Assembly (NCBI GenBank): GCA_020184695.1
Contig: JAANOX010000017.1
Coordinates: 1-64,000, forward strand
Origin: Histomonas meleagridis 2922-C6/04-290x
Lineage: Eukaryota; Protista; Parabasalia
DNA length: 64,000 nucleotides
Reading direction: 5' to 3'
A program made the translations under genes and the position numbers. Every line of letters starts with the position of its first letter. Positions within the stretch are counted from its first letter, which is position 1. Below, in pieces: positions 21,171 to 31,862 of the stretch. Below the pieces are notes generated by a model, which worked only from the letters and a program-made list of their open reading frames with translations, made no database searches and was not told where the DNA came from.

Positions 21171-24104
21171 TCATGAAATGTTTTGCATGAATGTCGCCGC
21201 CATTCCTCGGTAGCTCGGGTTATTAAGCAATTGCCTAAAGTATCTATCTAATCCGTATTGCTTCATAATTGGTGCGCAATCTTTGTAATTGCTTATTAAA
21301 GTCAGCACTTGTATGATCGAAGGTGTTAATTCCGGGTTTGTCGACATCATATTTGTCAATTTTGGAATAAACATTTTATAAGAAGACGAATTAATTATTC
21401 TTACGAACATATCTATGAACACTATACAAGATTGCAATAGGTCAGCTCTTGTTTCAGTGTACATATACTTTAAATATGTATATATGAAATTAGCTTTTTC
21501 TAATTTCGTTGCTAATTCATTATCAACATTACATCTTCTTAATATTGTTGTGATTGTCGCAATAATAAATTGGTTTTTAGTTTCAATAAATTTAGTTAAC
21601 ATTTGTGGGAAATTAAGACTTTTAATAATGTCATTACGTAATGAATTATAACTAAATAATATTAATAAAAGTTTATACGTATGGACATATGTCGGTAAAC
21701 CTGTTTTAGTCCAATTATCAATTAACGTTATAAATGTCGAAGCTGTTTCTACACGAGAAGAAGCAAAGTTTAATAAAACATTTGTCCATTTCGAATCAAT
21801 CATTGATAAGTTAATTAATTCATAACATAATCGTTTAGATGGTGGAAATGCTATAACTCGAAGCATTAATGGATATAATGAATCACTTAAATTCTTATTC
21901 TTTAAATGATTAATGATCGCTTCGAAATCTAATGGACATTTTTCATTATAAACATATGCTAAACCTTTATAAACAACTCTTAAACATGATTCATCTGTAG
22001 ATGATTGCATAATACAAAATGCTTCTTGAACAGATGAAAATCGTAATTTAGAAAATCCTTTTTCATTATTAATTAAATATAAGAATAATGTTATAAATTT
22101 AGAACAATTAAATGATGCAAATACATCAGAAAGTTCTAAAAATTTATCATAAATTACTATCGCAAATGATAATGAAGGATTTAATAATGTAAAATGTGAT
22201 AATATATTAATCATTTCATCGGGGCGATAACGAATAGCAAAGAACATTTGTGAAAGAATTCGATCATCTTTAGAGATAACTCGAGGTTTATATTTAAATA
22301 AAATAGAATAAATCCGTATAATAGTATCATAATGTTCTAAATTATCAAGTGGAATATTATAAAACATTCGTTTCTTTAATGCTATTTCTAAAAAAGCTGG
22401 ATCTCTTTCACATAAGATAACAATTGCTTTAAACACTGTGAAAACAGTTTCTTCAGGACTATTATTAATATAATGAAAACACATATCACTAAAAGGCTCA
22501 TAAAAATTACTCGAAATCTTTTCAGCTAATTCGATTATATATTGATTAAATTGTGGATGTAATGTATTAAGTAAGATATCAAGATTTAAATTGAAACCTG
22601 CTTCATCAACTGATTTAGTGAAATCTAATTTACTTGCATTATAATTATAATTAGCTCTAAACTTTAATTCTTTCTTTTCTGGAAATATATCCATATTACT
22701 TCTTCGCTTTGGTAATTCTGCGGGTGTAAATGTCTTATGTTGAACTGTCGTTTCAGTTAAAAATTCGGGTTTAGATACTTGTTGTGTTGATGTTAATTCA
22801 TTGTTAGTAGCAAATGGTGACGCAATGCTATTTGGTAATGTTACTTGTGACATTTGATTGTTCATTTGTGCGATTCGAACATTACGTGTAGCTGCAGATA
22901 ATGTAATCTTTGGTATCGGCTTAAATTCGGGTTCATTCTTCTTTTCTTCTGGTTCTTCTTTCTTCTCTTCTTTCTTCTCTTGTTGTTCTGCGACATGTTG
23001 TGCATTAGCATTTACTTGTTGAATTTTCATACGTGTCGAAAAGTTTTTATATAAATTGGACTCTAAAAATTCTTTTTTGCCTTCTTTCTCATATTTCGCT
23101 AATAATTTATCAATGTTAATTCGACCATTTGGTTTCTTCTTTCCTTCAGCTGCTCGTTTTTCATCATCTTTTAATAGGTTTTCAGCATATGCTTTGACTT
23201 TGGAGGTCTTAGTGCCATCAAAGGAATATTTACCTTTTGCAAACTTAGCAAATAATTTTTCAAATGTCGGACGGTTTTCCGGTTTAGCTGACCAACATTT
23301 TTTGATGAGACGACGCATAGAGAATGACGTTTTGCTGAACTCAGGGCGCATATCAGGATTTTCTTGAACTGCTGAAGGTAAATCATGGATACGACTTGTC
23401 GCATAAATCGGATGTTCTTCAGCCATTTCATAAAGTAACATCCCAAATGAATACACATCATTGGGAAGCCCATAGTCTTTGGATAAAAGATTTTCTGGTG
23501 ACATGTAGATGGTCGTTCCAACTCGACTTGTTAAAACACGTCCTGGCGCACAAATACATGCAGAGGATAAATTGTTGATACGAGGTAGCATTTTCTTGTC
23601 CATAGATATTGTTTGTGTACGAAGATCTCGATGAGCAACATGACGACTATGAAGATATTTCATGGCATGACAAATTGCAAGAGCAACAATGGTCTTGCGA
23701 GTGGATGAAAGTGTACAAATTTGTTCTTCGTATTGTGGAAAAGCATAATTCCTAAGATTTCCATTTGGTGAAAATTCTGTGATAATACAATATGGTGGTT
23801 CAACAGTATAGCCAACAAGAGGAGATACAAAGTGGGTGTTAGAACGAGCAAGGATGTAAACTTCTCTTGCATAATAAATCTCTTCTTTACCTTCAAATTC
23901 AGATGCTTTGACTTGTCTAATAAATACTTGTTTGCCAGTCTTTGATTCTGTTCCTGTCCAGGTGAGAAGATTTGGATCTTCTGTAATTTGTTGAGATAAA
24001 TTGAAATTCGTAATATAACAAGCATATTCAGGGTAAAGCTCAAGAAGGTCATAAAGTGTCTTTGGGGTGTAGTAATTAAGGTCGCCGGAATTTTGCTGAG
24101 ACAT
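21171..24104 (-). CDS. TKL-like protein kinase domain (probable pseudokinase) with C-terminal ARM/HEAT region
   Basis: HRDL, GTTIYMSPE, DVYSFGMLLYEM and CWSAKPENRPTF are present. No Gly loop, beta3 Lys is replaced by R, and DFG reads NLS. Confidence 0.85.
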   Translation of the reverse strand: MSQQNSGDLNYYTPKTLYDLLELYPEYACYITNFNLSQQITEDPNLLTWTGTESKTGKQVFIRQVKASEFEGKEEIYYAREVYILARSNTHFVSPLVGYTVEPPYCIITEFSPNGNLRNYAFPQYEEQICTLSSTRKTIVALAICHAMKYLHSRHVAHRDLRTQTISMDKKMLPRINNLSSACICAPGRVLTSRVGTTIYMSPENLLSKDYGLPNDVYSFGMLLYEMAEEHPIYATSRIHDLPSAVQENPDMRPEFSKTSFSMRRLIKKCWSAKPENRPTFEKLFAKFAKGKYSFDGTKTSKVKAYAENLLKDDEKRAAEGKKKPNGRINIDKLLAKYEKEGKKEFLESNLYKNFSTRMKIQQVNANAQHVAEQQEKKEEKKEEPEEKKNEPEFKPIPKITLSAATRNVRIAQMNNQMSQVTLPNSIASPFATNNELTSTQQVSKPEFLTETTVQHKTFTPAELPKRRSNMDIFPEKKELKFRANYNYNASKLDFTKSVDEAGFNLNLDILLNTLHPQFNQYIIELAEKISSNFYEPFSDMCFHYINNSPEETVFTVFKAIVILCERDPAFLEIALKKRMFYNIPLDNLEHYDTIIRIYSILFKYKPRVISKDDRILSQMFFAIRYRPDEMINILSHFTLLNPSLSFAIVIYDKFLELSDVFASFNCSKFITLFLYLINNEKGFSKLRFSSVQEAFCIMQSSTDESCLRVVYKGLAYVYNEKCPLDFEAIINHLKNKNLSDSLYPLMLRVIAFPPSKRLCYELINLSMIDSKWTNVLLNFASSRVETASTFITLIDNWTKTGLPTYVHTYKLLLILFSYNSLRNDIIKSLNFPQMLTKFIETKNQFIIATITTILRRCNVDNELATKLEKANFIYTYLKYMYTETRADLLQSCIVFIDMFVRIINSSSYKMFIPKLTNMMSTNPELTPSIIQVLTLISNYKDCAPIMKQYGLDRYFRQLLNNPSYRGMAATFMQNIS

Positions 24105-25022
24105 TTTGCCTTTTTTGCTTAAAAAAATTGAAGTATAACCGTTTATATCGTGGAGGTTTATTTTAAATTATGATTTACTAATTTACGAAAAATAAAATAT
24201 TAATATCACATTATTTTCGTGACAACGGTATTATATATAATATATATTTCGAATTAATAATGAATTAATATCAATGAAAACGATAAATTTTTAGTTTTTC
24301 AGCAAAAACGAATAATAACGATAATAAATTCAATCATTTCTATTCAATTTTTCTGATAAAATATTGTGTGGTGGTTGAGGCAAACAGTGGCCACAAAATT
24401 TCCATCATTGAATATTTCAAAGCATGGCGCCAAAATTTAAACATCTTTATCTCATTAAATATGCAATATTTAATCAAAATATAATATTATCAGGTGTTAA
24501 ATCATGTATATTAATTATGCTCTCACATAAATTATTAGAGATCATGAACGAATTTTCGAAAACTGTATGGAAAAATTGTAAATTTTTTTGCTGTCACTTT
24601 CATTTACTGTCATTTTTTTCCATGCATTTAAATAGTGTTTTTAAATAGTGATTCACTACATTTTGAATGAGATTTACCATAAAGTACACAAAAACCTGTT
24701 TTATGACAGCGGTTATTCTGAAAAAAATTAACTACATAATATTTTCATCATGGGAATGATGTTGAAAGAATTTTTTCTGAAAATATTTCGAATAATTAGA
24801 TTCGCATCTGGTGGTTAATGATGGAGTTTGGTCAGAGATCAATACGTTTTCAAATGAATTTTTTATCAATTAATGTGTTTTAGTATTTCTATAAATTCAT
24901 TCCAATTATCATATAATAAAGAGCAAGGACAACCCCCGCATTCTTTTTTGGTAATATTTTTATTACAAAAAAATACGAATTTAGATAAATGACAATAATT
25001 GTTTGCAAAAAAACAAAAAATT

Positions 25023-25095
25023 CACCTTCGACGGGATTCGAACCCGCAACCCCAGGATTAAAAGTCCTATGCTCTAACCGTTGAGCTACGAAGGT
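25023..25095 (-). tRNA. tRNA-Lys (anticodon TTT), 73 nt
   Basis: Acceptor ACCTTCG/CGAAGGT with discriminator G, D-arm GCTC..GAGC, anticodon loop CTTTTAA, T-loop TTCGAAT, downstream T6 terminator. Confidence 0.95.
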
Positions 25096-25205
25096 ATTCG
25101 TACTTATTAAAATCAATTTATATGTAAATTGAAATATAAGAAAGAAACACAAAACAATCTTTTTCTTAATTGTATGATACTTACATAATAAAACATATAT
25201 CATAT

Positions 25206-26533
25206 TTATTTCTTATAATATATTCTACGCCCTCCTCTTCCGTAATAAAAACCTTCTTCCTTACATTTAATTTCTGATTTTGATAAAAGCAAATCCAACA
25301 TATCTCCTCTCCTTAAATGAATTGCAAGCATTCTTGGCGTCATTCCATTTTTGTCTCTTAACACTTTATTTGCACCTGCTGCTAAAAGAATCTTTAAAAC
25401 TCCTAAATTCTCTGATAGAACAGCAATATGTAGCGCAGTTCTTTTGAAATAAATGAATAAACATTAATAAATTTTAACAAACATTTTAAAAAATAAAGAA
25501 ACATCTCTAACATCAAGATTAACATTTGTTGAAACTAAGTATTGCATGACTTCTTCATTTCCTTTATCGGCTGCTATATGAATTGCATTCCAAAAAACAA
25601 AAAATAAATTGAAATTCAAATAAAAAAACATCAAAAAAATGAAAAGAAACATTACCACAAATCAAAGGATTTGCACCTTTTTTTAAAAGAAATTTTACAA
25701 TTTTTGGATGGCTTTTCATAACAGCAAAAATTAAAGGAGTTTGATTTGAAGTTGTTTTTACATCAACATCATCGATATCTTTAATGCATAACTTTAACAT
25801 TTTCTTATTTCCATTATAACTAGCATAATGTAAAGGAAGTTCAAAAACATTAAATAAACATTAAATAATAAAAATTAAACATGAAATAAATTCCATAAAA
25901 ATCATTACAAGATTTCCAATCACCTCCATGATTTATAAGCATTTCGAATATTTCTGTGTGATTATGTTTTGCCGCAAGTAAAATTGGTGTCCATCCTTTG
26001 ATGTTTGGTGTTTGCTCAACAATTTTATTCGCTAATAAATAACTAACAAAATTAATATCACCAGATTCAACTGCGAAATGAAGTGGAGTGAAATTTTCGT
26101 TATCGTTCATATTGAGATTAAAATGTTTCGCTAATATCCATTGAAATAATGATAAGTTATCAAAGCATGCTGCATAATGAAGAATATTTCGCCCTTTATT
26201 ATCTACTGATTGCATATTAGCTCCTTCTTTTTCAAAAAGTTCAAGAGTATCGATCTGATCAAAAGCTGCCGCAAAATGAATTGGTCCACGCCCTTTATTA
26301 TCTTTTATATTAAGATTTGATTTGTAAATTAAAAGAGATGAAATGCATTTTTTTGAATTAAGATAAATTGCAATTGATATTAATGGTGGAGAATTACTAA
26401 GAACTGGTGGAACTTCCAATGTAGCTAACGATGGCCTAAAATCTGTTGCATTATTTAGTTCTAAAAGTGCCATTAATGATTCAGAATCATCTCTTACTAA
26501 AGAAGATAAGATTCTTTTTTCATTTGCATCCAT
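25206..26533 (-). CDS. Ankyrin repeat protein (390 aa if three non-GT-AG inserts of 52, 52 and 51 nt are removed)
   Basis: Inserts at about 25846-25897, 25596-25647 and 25449-25499. 1328 - 155 = 1173 nt, i.e. 391 codons with no internal stop, and the insert-spanning repeats become exactly 33 aa. Confidence 0.8.
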
Positions 26534-27396
26534 CCCTAAGTATTTTTTTAACAGTGCTTGTTAAATATTTCACAGATAAAACTAAAACAAGATAAAAAAT
26601 AAAATTTGGCAACAACAAATATCTCTAAGATATATTGATTTTTCTTGCTTGATTTTTTTAATATTAACAAGAAAATTTGACAAATTTATAGTTTATTTGG
26701 CAAACAAATTATTTTGCAAATAATCTATTCTTTTAAAAGAATCTTATCATATTTATTTCTAACCTGCAACTTCTGACCTTAACATGAAGAACTAAAAATA
26801 TGTTTTTCAATTTTACGTTTCAAATTATATGTCCTAAAAATAATGACTTTTAGGTAAAAATTTTACTTAACTCAAAGAAGCCACCGAATGACGTAACCTT
26901 TTATTATTTTGGCAATTCAGAACCGTATATTGTCATCAGTTATTACATATTTAACAATATTTGGACATTTCTAGTGAATAATGAATATGCTGTGGTGCGT
27001 GTTCACCAATTTCAACACATTCATTTACAAAATCGAATACATTTTCAATTTCTAATTCATTTACGCAACCACACACAGTCACAAAATTTTTATTTTTTAT
27101 GAGCTGAAGTATTTTTTCTTATTTTTGTTTTCTATAATATTAATTGACATTCTTCACATTATTATATTAAAAGCATTATTAAAGAATTAGACGAATTTTT
27201 AGTTATTCAAAAATATATTTCGAAATTTATGGAAACCCATCAAAAGCTAAAGAGAATAACTTTACAAAGCGAAGTATTGCTCCTGACCAAAACGATTGAT
27301 ATTGTCCACACAATAGTCGTCGTTAAGGTAATAAACTCAATAAATGTTTTTAGCAAAACGCGATTTATAAAGACAAAGAACAAATCTAAACAATAC

Positions 27397-27795
27397 CTAA
27401 ATTTGGTGAGCGAGTCTTGCAGTTTTGTAGCAACGCTTTTCGAAATCATCTTTACCAACAAACACCCTTGTATGTTTTGCTGTTCCCACAATCCCTTTTT
27501 CGTCAGATGCTTAATTTTCAAAATGAATACCATCTTTATCAATATCAACAATTCTTGATATAACAGAAACATTAGAGCCTAACCTTGAAATTCTTTGATA
27601 AAACAATTTCATTTTTGCGCTTATTGATGTTTGTCCACTAATAAGGCATGCAATCTCTACTGCTTTGCATGATGCTTCCTCCATTAACGATGAAACCACA
27701 GCAGTTGATAAAGCGTTTACAAAGCCGGCCTTTAGGTTTGTTGCAAGGTATACGTTTTTCACCTGAATTGTTACTTTTCCTGTAGAATCAGCCAT
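27397..27795 (-). pseudogene. Hotdog-fold thioesterase (FlK-like) with an in-frame TAA at 27511-27513
   Basis: LSTAVVSSLMEEAS...GQTS...IHFEN*ASDEKGIVGTAKHTRVFV; reading through gives 132 codons, a typical FlK-like length. Confidence 0.7.
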
Positions 27796-28686
27796 ATTTT
27801 AACGATTTGCGTCAATATCATATAATTACAATTAATTTAGAAGTATTTAGATATGGACATTAATACTTACACACATACATTAATATATTTCATTTAAAAA
27901 TATGATATATCTTGAAGGAAATGTTTAATATGTCATTAAAAATTCATACCTCTTGAAATTAATGAAATTTAATAACTTAAAACATGTTTACCACCAACAA
28001 AGATGTCTCATTACGACCACCAGACTCAGTTTTATCGCGTTCATTCATTATATTATTTAAAAGTGACTTTATAATCATTTAAAGTGCCACCTTTTGTAGG
28101 CGCCTTTAATTATTGAAATAAAATTTCAGGTTAAATTGAAAAACCTCAAAAAAACAACAACAAATTTCTTATATATTAACCGTGTGATTTTTAACTTTTG
28201 TATTAGCCGATGTGTATTTGGTTAAGGCCTTCGACTATATCAGGTCTTGAATCATGAGAATTCTTCATTTGCTGCTCGTTTCGTCCATTACAAAGCAATT
28301 TAGTAACAGTAATATACCAGAAAGCCCATTCTTTACGACTATAAAAATATCAAATATGAAAAAGAGCCTTTGCAAAGAAGGACTTGCGCATGGGCACAAT
28401 GCAGAAGATCCATTCGTTGAGATTCATAACCAGAATTTTGATATATTTAACAAGAATTCTATTTTCTTTAAACCAGTTTATTTCCAGATTTCTTGGCTCG
28501 TACAGAGAACACATTAGTAAAAAAGACCGACCACTTAAATTCAATGCTTTTACTCGTTTAACCGCCGTTTTTTCAATGATATTAGTGGTTTATGTCAATA
28601 TTTTTCAGAAAAAACCACTTTTTCTTCAGAAATTTTTGTTGACCAATTACGAATTGAAAACATGCGAAAAGAAAAAACATAAAAAC

Positions 28687-29943
28687 GTTTTAATTTTTGT
28701 TATATTTTTCATAAATTCCTTTCAAATATTATATGATAATAATTCAACATTAATAATAACAAATTTAAATGATTTTACTGAAATTGATCAATATAAAAGT
28801 ATCACGAAATTTGTAAACATTAGTGAAGGAATTTATTCGATTCCAGGTGGTGCATTTTCAGGATGGCCATTAGTTATTTCAGTTAATTTTGGTAATTCTA
28901 TCTCAGATATTGGAGGTTATGTGTTTTCGTCATGTTCTAATTTAGAAAGGATTATATTTGGCGGAAATGTTACAACAATTAGTGGTTCAGCATTTTCATT
29001 GTGTTCATCAATCGACAGCATTACAATTCCAAATTCAGTCACAAAAATTGGGAGTTCAGCATTTTCATCATGTTCTAATTTCAGAATATTAACACTTGGG
29101 TTTGGAATAAGAGAAATTGGAGAATCAGCATTTGGTAATTGTAATTCACTTGAATGCATTTATTATTATGGAGATACAGAACCAAGTTTTGGAGATAATA
29201 CATTTTATAATGTTACAGCAAGTGTTATCACATATCCAACATATGTAGGATGTAGATTTGGAAATTTAGATGTTTACAAAGACAATGCAGAAGGAAACTG
29301 CAGCCCGATTGCAACAATTTCATTTTCTTCATCACACACATTCAGTCGAAGTAATACATTTTCTGATTCAAATACATTTTCGGCTCCGCATTCATTCAGT
29401 AGTAATAATACATATTCAAAATCGAATACATTTACTGAATCATTTCAAGATGATTTAACGAAATCTTTTTCATACTTATTAACGGTCACATTATCTATTA
29501 CACATTCGTTTACTTATTATGAAATGCAAACGAAATCGCTTTCACTAATTGCAATTAATTCTTCGTATATTTATATTGAAACAGAATTTATATATTATGA
29601 TTACACAGTTATTATTTATTCGACATATTATATTTATTATTCGAACTTCTTTACATTTATTTATAATAACGAATTTCAAACAAATGACAACAAAACAACA
29701 ATTATCATAATAATCGTTTGCGTTATTGTTGTTGTTATTATTATTATAATTTCATTATTAATTATATTATTGATTCGAATTAAAAATAAAAAAGAAGAAA
29801 TTGCCGAAAATGAAATTTCAGAACAACAAAATGATAATAACCAAACAACAAACACATTCACAACAGGAATATCTATATCAAATATTGAAGAAGATCCTTT
29901 TGCAGATGACTTCAAAGAAGATAAATTTATTGTGCAAATGTAA
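28687..29943 (+). CDS. BspA-like LRR surface protein; no ATG directly before the signal-like segment
   Basis: LRR_5 repeats, (S/T)xxF(S/T) stalk repeats, TM (IIIIIVCVIVVV) and tail DPFADDFKEDKF. Start uncertain; the frame is open from 28384. Confidence 0.75.
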   Translation, partial: VLIFVIFFINSFQILYDNNSTLIITNLNDFTEIDQYKSITKFVNISEGIYSIPGGAFSGWPLVISVNFGNSISDIGGYVFSSCSNLERIIFGGNVTTISGSAFSLCSSIDSITIPNSVTKIGSSAFSSCSNFRILTLGFGIREIGESAFGNCNSLECIYYYGDTEPSFGDNTFYNVTASVITYPTYVGCRFGNLDVYKDNAEGNCSPIATISFSSSHTFSRSNTFSDSNTFSAPHSFSSNNTYSKSNTFTESFQDDLTKSFSYLLTVTLSITHSFTYYEMQTKSLSLIAINSSYIYIETEFIYYDYTVIIYSTYYIYYSNFFTFIYNNEFQTNDNKTTIIIIIVCVIVVVIIIIISLLIILLIRIKNKKEEIAENEISEQQNDNNQTTNTFTTGISISNIEEDPFADDFKEDKFIVQM

Positions 29944-30264
29944 TTAAGATAAATAAATAATAAAATATTGTGTGTTCTAAAGTAAATAATTTTTAGTTTC
30001 GTGTTTTTTGTTTTTAAAAAACTTCTGAAATCAGATGGTGAGTACCACTAACACAAACATGTTTTTTCGAAAGTATTGAAAAAATTGATTTTGATCGTAC
30101 CCCTTAAAACTCCCAAAACATATGTTAGTTTTAGAAAATTTAAGTTTATGAGTATTTGCGCTCATTTAATTAAATTCAATGATGCTTCGATTGAACTCAT
30201 TATTACATTTATACTAAAATATCATTTACAAAATCAAACACATTTTAATATTTATTTATATTAT

Positions 30265-31563
30265 TTAATTGTAATCACTTTCATCAATGTTACACAATAA
30301 TTTCGCTGTTTTCTTTATCCAACTAGTTAATGATGACTCGCTCATTATATTTTTAAAAATTTTCGGTCTTACATCATTTTGCCCCCACATTGCAACCATT
30401 GGAAATTCATCATTATTTGGCGCATATTCCGGCATACTATTTAATGATGCATCGATTTCATAGAATCTCAAGTTCTTAGTTAAGAGCATTTTCGCTACTT
30501 TTGCATAAGTATTTAAAGCAAATGGATTTGAAACAGATCTAAAATTCGACATATAAAGAACAGAACATTTGTCGCCGGGAATTTTCAATGGAAATTGTGT
30601 AGCATTTAATGGTATTATATGTCTAAACATTCTTTTTGTACTATTTACATGAATAATTGTGTCATATTTGTCTCCTTGAACATTGGATATAAATTGTTGT
30701 AAAAGTTTAATGGAAACAACATCATCATCAACAAATAAATAACAACGTTTGTTCGGTTTGAGAATCACATAACTTTGATTGTTTGGTGATGTTCGGCATA
30801 GCTTAAGAAACTCATGGTCACGATACCAATTAGCATATCCTAAAACATAATTCGGTGGAAGTAAATATGAAATTTGATCAAGAATTTCTTCATTAGATTG
30901 AGTAGTATAACCGTCGGAAACCGATAGGAAAAGTGGAGAATTTGGAGAATGGAAAGGAAACGGAGGCGTGATGCCAATTTTAGCTTTAGTCCAATCTAAA
31001 ATGGATTCTGGAGAACCAAAAAAACGTGAAATTTCACGTTTTTTGTTGTTAACTAATGAAACAGAATATCGCCCTATAGAATGAACTAGAGAAATAGGGT
31101 CGTCACGAAGCTTAAATGCTAAGGTTGGTATAACTTTGTCGTTGACATCATTGTTTTGATAAATAAGTGTGTAATTTTTCTGGAAATAACTACGATTTTT
31201 GATTTCTTCTGGTTTATCAATTTTATAATAAATAGGATTTAGTAGTGAATTAAGAATAGAAGTAAGATCTTTATACGTGAGGTTTCCTGTTATTAAGGAA
31301 ACAAAGAAACCATTTTGAAATAAAGCAAAATTCGGATATTCATATTTCAATTGTCGTCTGATTAGTTTAATTACTTTTTGCCCTTGGCTTATGCAAATTG
31401 ATGTATGACTTGGTAAATGTGACTTCATTTCATTGAACATATTATTATAATGTGAAAAATATGTATTTTTCATTCTTGAAATCAGTACAATTGCAGCTTT
31501 ACTGGATGCAGCTTCTCCATAACAGCCAAATACAGAATATATAAGGAAAATGATGGGAAACAT
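30265..31563 (-). CDS. Secreted PDI-like/thioredoxin-fold protein lacking CxxC
   Basis: Signal-like N-terminus; the C-terminal FYEIDASLNSMP...FPMVAMW resembles a PDI a' domain. Confidence 0.5.
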   Translation of the reverse strand: MFPIIFLIYSVFGCYGEAASSKAAIVLISRMKNTYFSHYNNMFNEMKSHLPSHTSICISQGQKVIKLIRRQLKYEYPNFALFQNGFFVSLITGNLTYKDLTSILNSLLNPIYYKIDKPEEIKNRSYFQKNYTLIYQNNDVNDKVIPTLAFKLRDDPISLVHSIGRYSVSLVNNKKREISRFFGSPESILDWTKAKIGITPPFPFHSPNSPLFLSVSDGYTTQSNEEILDQISYLLPPNYVLGYANWYRDHEFLKLCRTSPNNQSYVILKPNKRCYLFVDDDVVSIKLLQQFISNVQGDKYDTIIHVNSTKRMFRHIIPLNATQFPLKIPGDKCSVLYMSNFRSVSNPFALNTYAKVAKMLLTKNLRFYEIDASLNSMPEYAPNNDEFPMVAMWGQNDVRPKIFKNIMSESSLTSWIKKTAKLLCNIDESDYN

Positions 31564-31862
31564 AAGATTCTTCCATAAAAATTAGGCTTCAGATTGAAAG
31601 TTTTCAGTTTTTTTTGTTTCTTTATTGAATTTCATTCGAAAACATAAGATAACTTAATCACACGACATATTTGCTTTTTAAAACTATAATGTTTATGAAA
31701 TTAAATTCCAAGAAAACATTTTTATTATTCATTGATAACAAATATAAGTTCAAAAGCATTCAACTTATAATTAAAATCTTTTTATAATTTTAAATTATTT
31801 ATTTGCAAATTTTCATTCATGTTTAAATCCATTTTACTCAAAAATATCTTTCAGATAAATTT

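Noticed and set aside
28205-28255. tRNA-like fragment (TGGTTAAGGC...GTCTTGAATC)
   Set aside because: Cannot be folded into a cloverleaf: no acceptor stem and a degenerate T-loop.
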